Shown one piece after another: positions 17,974-27,779 of a stretch of DNA of 64,000 nt (positions are counted from its first letter, which is position 1; every line of letters begins with the position of its first letter). Source of the stretch: an uncultured Chloroflexia bacterium (lineage in GTDB: Bacteria > Chloroflexota > Limnocylindria > Limnocylindrales > CSP1-4); the NCBI GenBank assembly GCA_963748625.1, contig CAVVJT010000010.1, forward strand, positions 1,120,001-1,184,000. The letters are read 5' to 3'. The notes under the pieces are model-generated. The model was not told the DNA's origin. It saw only the letters and a list, made by a program, of their open reading frames with translations, and did no database searches. The position numbers and the translations under genes were made by a program.

Positions 17974-19668
17974 TCAGCCAACCGCCACGTCCTCGGGCAG
18001 GAGGAACCAGCGCAGGTCCTCGAAGTCGTCGCCCACGGCGCCATCGGCGATGGTGGGGCCGGGAAGGGCGCGCGGTGCCCGGGCGAGGATCGTGCGCGCC
18101 TCGTCCAGGTAGGCGGCCAGGCGAGTCTCGGGCTCGCGATGGCGGTGGGCGGGCCACGTCATGGCGCCCCCGTCAAAGCGGATGCCGTGCAGGGAAAGCG
18201 GCGGCTCCGGCACGCCGTCCCGATGGCGCCACATGCCGGTGGCCGGTTCGAAGGCGTAGTCGGGCAGGAGGCGCCAGCCCTCGGTCGCGACGAGGTCCAC
18301 CGCGTCTAGGACGAACTGGAACACCGTCTCGCTGATGAAGTAGTTGAAGTTGACCCGGATCCAGCCGGGCTTGATCCCCTCGCAGCCGCGGGCGATCTCG
18401 CGCTCGAACTCGTGGCTGGTCTCGAGGTCGATGCCCAGCAGGCGGTGTCCGTACGGCCCGGCGCACGAGCAGCCGCCGCGGGACTGGATGCCGAACAGGT
18501 CGTTGAGCAGCGCCACCACGAAGTTGTGGTGCAGGTACCGCCCGTCACGGCGGACGACGAAGGACACGATCGAGAGCCGCTCCGCGTGGTGGGAGCCCAG
18601 GATCTCGATCCCCTCGTTCGCCTCCCAGCGGTGCAGGGCGCGGTGGATGAAGTCCTCCTCGCGCTCGCGGATGGCCTCCACCCCCACTTCGGCCTTGAGC
18701 TTGAACACCAGGCCCGCCCGGATCGACTCCACGATGGCGGGAGTGCCGCCCTCCTCCCGGTGCTCGATGTCGCTGATGTAGAGGTGCTCGACCGGGTTGA
18801 CATAGGCCACCGTTCCACCGCCGGGCACCGACGGGACCCGGTTGCGGAACAGCTCGCGGCGGGCGACCAGCACGCCCGGCGTCCCCGGTCCGCCGATGAA
18901 CTTGTGGGGGCTGATGAAGACGGCGTCGAGGTACGCCAGCGGGTCGGCGTCGGCGGCGGGATCCATCTCGATCGCCACGTACGGTGCGGCCGCCGCGAAG
19001 TCCCAGAAGGACAGCGCCCCGTGCTCGTGGAGGAGGCTCGCGATCCCCCGGGTGTCGGTGACGATGCCAGTGACATTGGACGCCGCGCTGAACGACCCGA
19101 TCCGCAGCGGCCGGTCCGCGTACCGCTCCAGCTCTGCGCGGAGCTGGGCCTGGTCGATGTGGCCCTCACGGTCCTCGCGGATGGTCACCACGTCGGCGAT
19201 GGACTCCCGCCACGGCAGCTCGTTGCTGTGGTGCTCGTACGGGCCGATGAAGACCACGGGCCGCTGGTCGCGCGGGATGCGGGAGCGCAGGTCCCAGCGG
19301 TCGTCGAGGTCGGCGGGGATCCGCAGCTGCAGGACGTCCACCATGCGGTTGATCGCCGCTGTGGAGCCGGAGCCGCAGAAGATGACCGCGTGGCGCTCGG
19401 GCGAGCCGCCGACGCCATCGAGCACGAGGCGTCGGGCCTCCTCGCGGAAGCGGGTGGTCTGGAGGCCGGTTCCCGAAGACTCGGTGTGGGTGTTCGCGTA
19501 GAGCGGCAGGACCGCCTCGCGGATGTAATCCTCGATGAACGCGAGGCTGCGGCCGGATGCGGTGTAGTCCGCGTAGGTCACGCGCCGAATCCCGTACGGC
19601 CCCGCGACGGCCTCGTCGTCGCCGATGACGGAGGCGCGGATCAGGTCCACCAGGGCGTCAGGTTCCAT
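17974..19668 (-). CDS. Class V PLP-dependent aminotransferase / cysteine desulfurase-like enzyme
   Basis: YADYTASGR, EHHSNELPW, SPHKFIGGPG and RGGCSCAGPY motifs. Confidence 0.92.
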   Translation of the reverse strand: MEPDALVDLIRASVIGDDEAVAGPYGIRRVTYADYTASGRSLAFIEDYIREAVLPLYANTHTESSGTGLQTTRFREEARRLVLDGVGGSPERHAVIFCGSGSTAAINRMVDVLQLRIPADLDDRWDLRSRIPRDQRPVVFIGPYEHHSNELPWRESIADVVTIREDREGHIDQAQLRAELERYADRPLRIGSFSAASNVTGIVTDTRGIASLLHEHGALSFWDFAAAAPYVAIEMDPAADADPLAYLDAVFISPHKFIGGPGTPGVLVARRELFRNRVPSVPGGGTVAYVNPVEHLYISDIEHREEGGTPAIVESIRAGLVFKLKAEVGVEAIREREEDFIHRALHRWEANEGIEILGSHHAERLSIVSFVVRRDGRYLHHNFVVALLNDLFGIQSRGGCSCAGPYGHRLLGIDLETSHEFEREIARGCEGIKPGWIRVNFNYFISETVFQFVLDAVDLVATEGWRLLPDYAFEPATGMWRHRDGVPEPPLSLHGIRFDGGAMTWPAHRHREPETRLAAYLDEARTILARAPRALPGPTIADGAVGDDFEDLRWFLLPEDVAVG

Positions 19669-19719
19669 CGCCCCGCAGTCTATGTCAGGCGGTGCGCTCC
19701 CCCGGCAGGCCGGCGCGGA

Positions 19720-21072
19720 CTACGGGATCAGGACGGGCGTGAAGTCCTTGTAGTGGTAGTAGTTGAGGTCCACGCGACCGACGATGCCGGGCACCGTCCC
19801 GTCCGAGGTGTACTGCCAGAACGTCCAGCTCTTGCCACCCCAGTTCGCGGCCGGCACGGTCGGGACACCTGCTGCCGGGCTCCAGTGGGCGACCCACAGC
19901 ACGGAGTAGCCGTTGGCCGCGAACCACTGGGTGTTGCCCATCCTGTTGGTCCAGAACGAGGGGGAGACGTAGATGGCCCCACGGAGGCCCGTTCGCTCGT
20001 ACACGCGCCCGAGGAAGGCCTTGACCCACTCGATGAGCTGTGCGTCGGTGAGTCCGTTGTTCTCCTCCAGGTCCAGCACGGGCAGCAGCTCGCCCTTGAC
20101 TGGGGCAGCCGTGTCGATGAAGTGGTCGGCCTCGGCCACGGCGTCGCCCACGGTGAGATCGGGCTGGGCGAAGTGGTATGCCCCGACCAGGAGGCCGTTG
20201 GCCTTGGCGCCCGAACGGCTCTTCGTGTAGGTGGGATCGACGTAGTCGATGTCCTCGGACGCCTTGAGGAAGACGAACTCCTTGCCGGCCGCCGCGACCT
20301 TTGCCCAGTCGATGGGGGCCTTGCCATCGATCTGCCAGTGGCTTATGTCGATCCCCTGGACCCAGGCCGGGGCCGGCGTCGGGGTCGGCGTGGGTGTTGG
20401 GGTGGGGGTCGGTGTTGGGGTGGGGGTCGGCGTCGGGGTGGGGGTCGCGGCGACCGGGGTCGCCAGCGTGGCCCGCGCAGCGAACAGCATGCTCACGCCG
20501 TAGAGGCTCTTCACGCTCTTCCCGTTGACCGAGGTGACCGCCCACCAGCCCGATGACGAGACGGAGCGGCCTGAGCACGACGAGGTCCAGGCGCCGCCGG
20601 AGATCCAGCCGGCCACCCCCACCCTCGTCGCTTTGGCGAGCCGGACCTTGACGGTCGCCGAGGTGCTGGTCGACGTACGCAGCCGCACGCCTGCGCACTG
20701 CGTCGCGAGCGTGGTCGTCGACGCGGCCCGGAAGAGGCCGGCCGCCGCGTACACATAGTCCCGGCCGTAGAGGCGCTTCACGCTCTTCCCGTTGACGGAG
20801 GTGATCCGCCACCAGGTGCTTCCCGAGATCCTGCCGCCACACGACGTGGACCACTTCGCCCCGCTGACGCGGGCAACGACGGTCACCCTGGCGCCCTCGG
20901 AAAGACGCCTGAGCAGCTTCGCGCCCGTGGATGGCTTCGCCCGCAGCGAGACGCCATCGCAGCGCGCGGCGAGGGCGGTCGCAGCAACGGCCGGCGACGG
21001 GAACACGGCAGTCAGGGAGGCCGCGACGAGCGCAAGGACGAGTGCTGCGGCGAGCACGGCCCGCATGGGCAT
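19720..21072 (-). CDS. Secreted GH25 lysozyme with two SH3-like repeats and a Pro/Thr linker
   Basis: Signal peptide; duplicated W..(I/V)TSVNGKSVK.LYG domains; (TP)n linker; GIDISHWQ, LDLE and WQYTS motifs. Confidence 0.9.
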   Translation of the reverse strand: MPMRAVLAAALVLALVAASLTAVFPSPAVAATALAARCDGVSLRAKPSTGAKLLRRLSEGARVTVVARVSGAKWSTSCGGRISGSTWWRITSVNGKSVKRLYGRDYVYAAAGLFRAASTTTLATQCAGVRLRTSTSTSATVKVRLAKATRVGVAGWISGGAWTSSCSGRSVSSSGWWAVTSVNGKSVKSLYGVSMLFAARATLATPVAATPTPTPTPTPTPTPTPTPTPTPTPAPAWVQGIDISHWQIDGKAPIDWAKVAAAGKEFVFLKASEDIDYVDPTYTKSRSGAKANGLLVGAYHFAQPDLTVGDAVAEADHFIDTAAPVKGELLPVLDLEENNGLTDAQLIEWVKAFLGRVYERTGLRGAIYVSPSFWTNRMGNTQWFAANGYSVLWVAHWSPAAGVPTVPAANWGGKSWTFWQYTSDGTVPGIVGRVDLNYYHYKDFTPVLIP

Positions 21073-21291
21073 GCGCGCCCCGAGGGTGCTCAGGACAGCC
21101 GGTCGGCGGGCTTCGGGCGGTTCGCGGTGCACGATGGGCGGGCCTCTTGTGCTGGTGCGGTCAAGCGTCGGGCATCCGCCGGCGCCATGCCATGGCTCCT
21201 TGGGGCCAGTCCGCGTGGACCAAGGGAACCATGCCACGATCGGCCGAACCCGTCGAGGAGGCCCGAGTGGTTGCGCGGCTACAATCGCGTT

Positions 21292-21768
21292 GTGTCCCAC
21301 TTCTACGCGCTTGATGAGGCGAATGCACTGCTGCCCGGTCTGGTCACCGTGGTCGAGCGGCTGCGCGAGCAACGTGATTCCCTGGTCGTCCTGCGCGACG
21401 CCTACAGGAACCGTGAGCATGTCGTGATGGGCGGTCTCCTGGCCATCGACCCGCTGGACGCCATCGACCCGCGCATCGTGGAGGATCCGCGCTCCGGCGT
21501 GGACGAGGCCGGCGACGAGGAGCTGCGCCGCATCCGCCTGCGCATGCGCGGCATCGTCGACCAGATGCAGGCCGATGCCGCCTGGCTTGACGCGCGCGGG
21601 ATCGTCCTGCGCGACATCGGCACCGGGCTCCTGGACTTCCCGGCGCTCGTCGCGGGGCGACCGGTCTGGCTCTGCTGGCGCTCCGGCGAAGTGGGGGTGG
21701 GCTGGTGGCACCACCAGGACGAGGGGTTCGCTGGCCGCCGGCCGATCGCCGACCTCGGGACGCCATGA
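21292..21768 (+). CDS. DUF2203 family protein
   Basis: FYALDEANALLP...LRDIGTGLLDFPA...LCWRSGE...WWH....GFAGRRP. Confidence 0.88.
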   Translation: MSHFYALDEANALLPGLVTVVERLREQRDSLVVLRDAYRNREHVVMGGLLAIDPLDAIDPRIVEDPRSGVDEAGDEELRRIRLRMRGIVDQMQADAAWLDARGIVLRDIGTGLLDFPALVAGRPVWLCWRSGEVGVGWWHHQDEGFAGRRPIADLGTP

Positions 21769-22379
21769 CCGACACGCACTGGCCCGACTACTACGCGGTC
21801 ACGGTTGACCGCCCGGCCTGGGACACCGTCATCGGCGCGGCCGACCGGTTCGAGGCCGACGGTGCGGCCCTTGGCCGGACCCCTGGCGGGCGCTTGGCCG
21901 TGGACCTTGGCTGTGGGGCCGGGCGGGACACGCGGGAGCTGCTCCGGCGCGGCTGGCGTGTGCTCGCGGTGGACGGCGAGGCGGACGCGATTGCGGCCCT
22001 GCGGGATGCCACGCCAGCCGAGGACGTCGCCCGCCTCGAGACGGCCGTTGCCGACATCGGGGCCTTCGAGCTCCCGCGGTGCGATCTCGTGGTGGCCAGC
22101 GTGAGCCTGCAGTTCCTCGACGCCACCGCATACGCGACCGTGTTCGAACGGATGGCGGCGGCGCTCCCCGCGGGTGGCCGGTTCGCGGGCTACCTGTACG
22201 GCGACAAGGATGAGGCCGCAGACGATCCCGCCTATACCTGCCCCTCGGCTGACAGGATCCGCGAGCTCCTCGCCGGGTTCGAGATCGAGCTGTGGAGCGA
22301 GCGCGAGGAGGACGGCCACATGGCGCTGGGCGACCCGCACCATCTCCACCTCATCGAGGTCATCGCCCGCCGCCGTTGA
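21765..22379 (+). CDS. Class I SAM-dependent methyltransferase
   Basis: VDLGCGAGRD motif; ATGA overlap with upstream gene. Confidence 0.88.
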   Translation: MTDTHWPDYYAVTVDRPAWDTVIGAADRFEADGAALGRTPGGRLAVDLGCGAGRDTRELLRRGWRVLAVDGEADAIAALRDATPAEDVARLETAVADIGAFELPRCDLVVASVSLQFLDATAYATVFERMAAALPAGGRFAGYLYGDKDEAADDPAYTCPSADRIRELLAGFEIELWSEREEDGHMALGDPHHLHLIEVIARRR

Positions 22380-22456
22380 GCCGCCGCCGTTGAGCTGCGG
22401 GCGACCCCGGTACACTCGGACGGCAGTCCACCCCAGTGCGAAGGAAATCGACCCGC

Positions 22457-22819
22457 ATGACACGGCCCGGGGCCATCCCCCAGCTCGACCCGCTCTACGC
22501 GGACATCCGCCGCCGCGACCCGGTACGCCCAGCCATCCTGCTCGACGTGCGCGAGGTGGACGAGTTCCGCAGGTCTCGGGCGGACGGCTGCCTGTTCATC
22601 CCCATGTCCCAGGTCCAGCTGCGGGTGTCGGAGATCCCCAAGGACCGGCCGGTCATGGTCATCTGCGCGTCGGGCAGCCGCTCGGTTGGCGTCACGTCCT
22701 TCCTGCTGGAGCAGGGCTTCGAGGATGTTGGCAGCGTGGCGGGAGGCATGGACGGCTGGCAGCGCATGGGCCTGCCCGTGAAGACCGGACCGGTCGAGGA
22801 CGGCGAAGGCCGGCTCTAG
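22457..22819 (+). CDS. Rhodanese-like domain protein
   Basis: LLDVRE..EF, ICASGSRS and GGMDGW motifs. Confidence 0.9.
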   Translation: MTRPGAIPQLDPLYADIRRRDPVRPAILLDVREVDEFRRSRADGCLFIPMSQVQLRVSEIPKDRPVMVICASGSRSVGVTSFLLEQGFEDVGSVAGGMDGWQRMGLPVKTGPVEDGEGRL

Positions 22820-22854
22820 GCCCAGCCTGCGGGCCGGTCGGGCTCCGGGGCCGT

Positions 22855-22900
22855 GACTGGCCCCCGACTGCTCCCGACTGGCCCCCGACTGCTCCCGACT
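22855..22900. repeat. 21-bp tandem repeat x2.2
   Basis: Unit GACTGGCCCCCGACTGCTCCC. Confidence 0.85.
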
Positions 22901-23079
22901 CCGGTGGGGGTCACGGACCGGCCGTCCGAGCACGGGATGTGCAGCAAACCCCGACTGGCTGCACGCCCGCCGCACAGCGCGTCTCCCGGTGACTCCCCGA
23001 TGAGTGAGTCAGCGAACGCTGCGCGGGCGGCCGTCCGTGCACGGGACGTGCGGGACACCTCGAGATCTGACGTGAATCG

Positions 23080-23116
23080 CGAAGGCCGCCGGCGGTGCCG
23101 GCGGCCTTCGTTTGTT
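23080..23116 (+). terminator. Intrinsic terminator between convergent genes
   Basis: CGAAGGCCGCCGGC-GGT-GCCGGCGGCCTTCG followed by TTTGTT. Confidence 0.8.
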
Positions 23117-23130
23117 GACGAGGAAGGCGA

Positions 23131-24594
23131 TCAGCCCTTGCCGCGCCGGCGCAGACGCTCCCACCAGCCCCGGACCTGGGGCTTGTGGTTGAACGCCCAG
23201 CCGATCAGCAGCAGGACGATGAAGTTGACGGTGCCCACGCCCGCGGCGTTGAGGTAGCCGATCTGCTGGCCGATCTCGCCCTGGAGCTGCAGCCCCGGGA
23301 CGGTGGCGCCCAGGATGCCGGCCTGGAAGAACGGAGCCTGCGGAGCAAGGTAGGTCCGGGCAACCCCGGCCGTCACGCCGTCAGCGGTGGTGCCACCGAA
23401 CAGGAAGGCGTACGGACCGTTGACCACACCGCCCGACCCCTGCACCCCGACGCCGAGGTCCGTCTGCGACAGGTTCATCCAGGCGGTGATCACGCCCTCG
23501 GCATTGGGCTGGGCCCAGTAGGTCTCACTGCGCGGCGTGACCCCGTCGGAGCCGCCCTGGACGTAGATCACGCCGTTCGACGCGAACCCGGACATGTCCG
23601 TCCGCGGACCGGGAAGGTTGGTCTCCGCGCTCGCACGCCACAAGGCGACGATCGCGTTGGGGTCATCGGCCGGCGCCGGGTTCTCCGCGTCGCCGCCGAC
23701 CAGGCCCTGCTGGACCGTGGCGACAACCTGGCCCTGGTCGTTCGTGCCACCGACGAGGGTGATCACGTCGCCCACGTGCGCGGCGAAGCCATCCACGTTG
23801 GCCTCGAACAGCGGGGTCTGCTCGGCCCAGGCGCTGTACGTGCCCTTGGTGTCCACCTGCGTCTTCCAGACGCTCTTGGTCGCAGCCGTGCCGTCGGTGC
23901 CGCCCAGGAGGACGATGCCGTCGGAGACGGTGACCGCCGCGGCACCCGCACGTGGCGCCGGAAGCGCGAGCGCATCCACGGCCGTCCACTCACCGATCGC
24001 GCCGCCGTTCTCGACGGTGAGGCTGAAGACGGTCGAGGTGGGCGCACCCGCGGCGTCGAAGCCGCCGATCACGAACAGCGTGCTGCCGACCGCGACGAAC
24101 GCGGCGTCGGAGCGGGGCTCCGGCAGCGCCGGGCCTGCGGACCAGACGTCAAGGTTGCCGCTCCCCACGACGTGGGAGATCCAGGTGTCGGCGGTTGCGG
24201 CCGCCCCGTCGGACCCGCCCGCCACGATGTAGGTGGTGCCGATGACGGCCACGGCGGCGTCGGTGGTGGCCTGCGGCAGGTTCACCTCCGGCGGCGCCGG
24301 CTCCCAGGGCAGCGTGGCGCCGGCCGGGGCCGGGCACGGGAGGGTCTCGTTCTCGGCCGGGCAGAAGCTGACCACGGGCACCTGCACGAACGGTGCCAGG
24401 GGCCACAGCTCGACCGTCCGCCCGACGGTGAAGTAGTAGGCCCGGTCTGGGATCCAGCCGAGCATCGTGATGATCACGACGAACCAGGCGAGTGCCTTGA
24501 CGATCGACCAGGGCCAGCCTTCAGCATCGAACATCCCGAACACGACGCGGCGGCGCACGGTGTGCTTCGGAGCGGGGATTGCCGTCTGAGCCAT
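23131..24594 (-). CDS. Kelch-repeat beta-propeller membrane protein
   Basis: Repeated GG...W...LP.PR Kelch motifs between N- and C-terminal TM helices; starts 4 bp after the upstream stop. Confidence 0.8.
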   Translation of the reverse strand: MAQTAIPAPKHTVRRRVVFGMFDAEGWPWSIVKALAWFVVIITMLGWIPDRAYYFTVGRTVELWPLAPFVQVPVVSFCPAENETLPCPAPAGATLPWEPAPPEVNLPQATTDAAVAVIGTTYIVAGGSDGAAATADTWISHVVGSGNLDVWSAGPALPEPRSDAAFVAVGSTLFVIGGFDAAGAPTSTVFSLTVENGGAIGEWTAVDALALPAPRAGAAAVTVSDGIVLLGGTDGTAATKSVWKTQVDTKGTYSAWAEQTPLFEANVDGFAAHVGDVITLVGGTNDQGQVVATVQQGLVGGDAENPAPADDPNAIVALWRASAETNLPGPRTDMSGFASNGVIYVQGGSDGVTPRSETYWAQPNAEGVITAWMNLSQTDLGVGVQGSGGVVNGPYAFLFGGTTADGVTAGVARTYLAPQAPFFQAGILGATVPGLQLQGEIGQQIGYLNAAGVGTVNFIVLLLIGWAFNHKPQVRGWWERLRRRGKG

Positions 24595-24598
24595 CGCG

Positions 24599-25682
24599 TC
24601 AGCCCCCGACCTTGAGGGTGCCGGTCATGTTGGGATGGACCGTGCACACGAAGGTGTAGTCGCCGGCCGGGAGGGCCTGGACGTTGTAGGTGGTCACGAT
24701 GGGCCCCGTGACGAGCTCGCCCGTGAAGATCTCCGCCCCATTGCCGTCCTTGATCGCGATGTTGTGCGGGATGCCGGCGTCCTGGTTGTCGAACTCGATC
24801 TTGAAGGGGATGTCGGCCGGGGCGGCCAGCTCGCCGTTCACGAATGCGATGTTGAGGGCGGCCTCCTTGATCACGTCACCCGCAGGCGGCAGCGACTCCC
24901 CGGGCACCTCGCCCGACGGGGCCGGCGTGGCGGCACCCGACGACGGGGCCGGCGTGGCGAACGCGTCGGTCCAGCAGTCCGGGAAGGGCGTCGCACCGGG
25001 CGCCGGCGCGTACGCGGGATCCACCCAGCCGGTGAATGTGAGCTCCTCGCCCGTGACCGGATCCAGCTTGGGCTCCCACAGCACCGGGTCCATGACCCGG
25101 AACGTGTCGTCCTTGGACGCCCGCAGGTACTCGATCAGGTAGTTGATCTGCATGTAGTTGAGCGGGACCAGGCGGGTTCCCCGTGTTCGACCAGACCGGC
25201 ATGATGCTGTCGGGATTGCCGCAGGCGTAGCGCCCGCCGGACACGAGCATGTTGCGCAGGAAGTCCGGGTTGAGGTGCGCGAACAGCTTCGACTGGTCGT
25301 TGAGCTTGGGACCCTTGCCGCCCTCGCCGTCAACGCCGTGGCACTGCGCGCAGTTGGCCTGGTACAGGTCGTAGCCACGCTCGACGGCCGTCACCTGCTG
25401 ATCCTCGGTCGCCTGGTCCAGCCGCGGCGTGACGCCAAGGGCCGGCATGCCCAGCTCGATGAAGTAGTAGACGATGACGAACAGCGCCACGAGGGTCACC
25501 GCGAGGAAGCCCACGAACCGCGCGTTCGCGGACTGGCGGACGATCCGGGCGGCGCGCTCGGGTGTCAGGTCGTTGCGGTGGGCCGACGGCGGCGCCGAGA
25601 AGCGCTCCGCGGGCGCCGGCGCGGACGCGGGCACCGGGGCGGGCAGGCGCTCCTCGGGCGGGCGGCCGGTCTGCTCGGTCAT
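24599..25682 (-). CDS. Membrane-anchored cytochrome c-cupredoxin fusion (frameshift near 25165)
   Basis: TM helix and CAQCH in one frame; IPHN...FVCTVHPNM type-1 copper ligands in the next; removing one base gives continuous NPPGPLNYMQI. Confidence 0.82.
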
Positions 25683-25722
25683 CGGACTCCTCGGTGGACG
25701 GGCGGGCGGGGGTGTGACGGGA

Positions 25723-26397
25723 TCAGATGCACCCGGTCGGGGTGCGCGGGGGCTCGATGCCGGGCTGGCCAACCGCGACCGGGAGCGGGCCGAGGGTGAT
25801 CTTGCCGGTGTCGATGGTCAGGGCGCCCTCACCGTCCACGACGACGGCGAAGCGATCCATGCCGCGCGGCGCGGGCCCGTACTGCGAGCCGTCGGCCTTC
25901 ACGCCGAGGCGGTCGTAGCGCGAGCCGTGGCACGGGCATTCGAGCCAGAAGTTCTTCTCGCACGGGTTCGGCTTGCAGCCGAGGTGCGGGCAGCGCTGGT
26001 AGAGCGCTCGGACGTTGACGTTGGTGCCATCCCCGGTGGCATCCTCGCCCGGCAGGAATGCCTGCTGGTTCGGATCGACCAGCAGCACGAACGCCTTGGC
26101 CGAGGAGTAGTAGACCGGGAAGCCCTGGTCGACCGGGAGCGCGGAGTTGTCGGCCTTGACCTGGTCGAGCGTGCCGATCTTCACCAGGCCGCCGAACTTG
26201 CCCTCGAGGTTGGGCCACAGGAAGCCGACGGTGCCGGCGGTGACCTCGATCAGCCAGAGGCCCATGGCGGCGGCCAGCGAACCGCGCAGCAGCTCGCGGC
26301 GGGACACGCCCTCGACCTGCTCGTGACGGAGGCTCTTGATCGCCTCCGTGGTCAGCGCCTGCGGCTTGGAGGCCGGCTCGACGGGGTAGTTGCTCAT
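25723..26397 (-). CDS. qcrA: Rieske 2Fe-2S subunit of Rieske/cytochrome b complex
   Basis: Tat-like SRRELL plus TM helix; CPHLGC, CPCHGS and GPAPR motifs. Confidence 0.93.
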   Translation of the reverse strand: MSNYPVEPASKPQALTTEAIKSLRHEQVEGVSRRELLRGSLAAAMGLWLIEVTAGTVGFLWPNLEGKFGGLVKIGTLDQVKADNSALPVDQGFPVYYSSAKAFVLLVDPNQQAFLPGEDATGDGTNVNVRALYQRCPHLGCKPNPCEKNFWLECPCHGSRYDRLGVKADGSQYGPAPRGMDRFAVVVDGEGALTIDTGKITLGPLPVAVGQPGIEPPRTPTGCI

Positions 26398-26416
26398 GAC
26401 TCCGGATTCCTTCGAA

Positions 26417-27034
26417 TCAGAGGGCGAAGTGAAGGCCCGGCGTCCCGATCGAGAAGAACTCGAGGTACGGGATGACGAACGCGTAGCCGGGACCGCGGAA
26501 GAAGATCCCGACGAAGGTGACGAACAGGCCGAGGCCCGCGAACAGGGAGAACAGCACGACGGCGGTCTTCCGGTCGGACGGGCGGGTGGCCAGCAGGTTG
26601 GCGCGGTCGAGGAACGGGATCAGGGCCGCACCCACGAGGACGAAGGTGGGCACGAGGACACCCGCGACGGTCGGGTGGAAGTAGGCCAGCAGCTCCTGCA
26701 GGCCCAGGAAGTACCACGGCGCCTTGGCCACCGCGGGGGTGACGTTGCCGTTGGCAAGGTCCTCGAGCGGGGCGTTCATGAACAGGCCCATCGCGAGCAG
26801 GAACACGCTCATGAGGGCCGCCGCCATGAACTCGATGGTCAGCAGGTGCGGCCAGGTCATGACCGTGTCGTCAGGTTCCTTCTGGACCCGCACGACCGCA
26901 TCCTGCTTGACCAGGGCCAGCAGGCGGTAGGGCCGTGCCGACATGGGCACGCGCTGCTTGTCGATCTCGGTGCGCCGGGTCGGATCGACCGGGGCGACGA
27001 CCCGCGTCTCGTTCGGCTGCTTCGTATCGGTCAT
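26417..27034 (-). CDS. Cytochrome b6 subunit IV / cytochrome b C-terminal subunit
   Basis: TWPHLL, APL...AN...TP and KAPWYFLGLQELL (PEWY-equivalent); three TM helices. Confidence 0.88.
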   Translation of the reverse strand: MTDTKQPNETRVVAPVDPTRRTEIDKQRVPMSARPYRLLALVKQDAVVRVQKEPDDTVMTWPHLLTIEFMAAALMSVFLLAMGLFMNAPLEDLANGNVTPAVAKAPWYFLGLQELLAYFHPTVAGVLVPTFVLVGAALIPFLDRANLLATRPSDRKTAVVLFSLFAGLGLFVTFVGIFFRGPGYAFVIPYLEFFSIGTPGLHFAL

Positions 27035-27049
27035 CTCGTCACCCCCGTC

Positions 27050-27779
27050 TCAAAGCGGGCCGCTGATGCCACCGTCCTTGCGGATCCGCCAGAAGTGGAC
27101 CGCGAGGAAGATGGCCGCAACGAGCGGGAAGACCATGATGTGCAGCACGTAGAACCGGAGCAGCGTGTTCTGGCCCGACCTCGATGCCGCCCAGGAGGAG
27201 GAACTTCGAGGGGGTGTTGAACAGCGGCGCGTAACCGGCCATGTTCGTGCCGATGGTGATGGCCCAATAGGCGATCTGGTCCCACGGGAGGAGGTAGCCC
27301 GTGAACGAGAGCATGATCGTGAGGAAGAGCAGGACCACGCCCACGACCCAGTTGAACTCGCGCGGCGGCTTGTAGGCCCCGTGGTAGAAGACCCGCATCA
27401 TGTGCAGGAAGACGAAGAACACCATCAGGTGGGCGGCCCACCGGTGGATGTTCCGGGTCAGCAGGCCGAACACCACGCGGGACTGGATGTCCAGGATGTT
27501 CGAGTAGGCCTGCGTGTCCGATGGGATGTAGAAGAACATCAGGTACACGCCGGTGACCGTCAGCACGAGGAACAGGAAGAAGCTGAGGCCGCCCAGGCAG
27601 AACGTGTAGGCGAACTTGACCGCGTGCTGCCGGACCCGCACAGGGTGCAGGTGCAGGAACACGTTGTTCATGACCGCGTACGCGCGCGACCGCTCGTCGT
27701 TCGGGTACGGGTTGCGGAAGATCGACCGCCAGACGGGTGACCGCCTGATGCTCTGGTCGACCCGCTCCAGGAAGCTCAC
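27050..27779 (-). CDS. qcrB: Cytochrome b6 (N-terminal cytochrome b; frameshift near 27175)
   Basis: FCLGG (heme ci Cys), [21 protein letters not shown]; after removing one G the frame ends LLRFYVLH...[16 protein letters not shown]. Confidence 0.92.

Noticed and set aside
20375-20447. GGGGTN repeat as a DNA-level element
   Set aside because: It encodes the (Thr-Pro)n linker of the GH25 lysozyme
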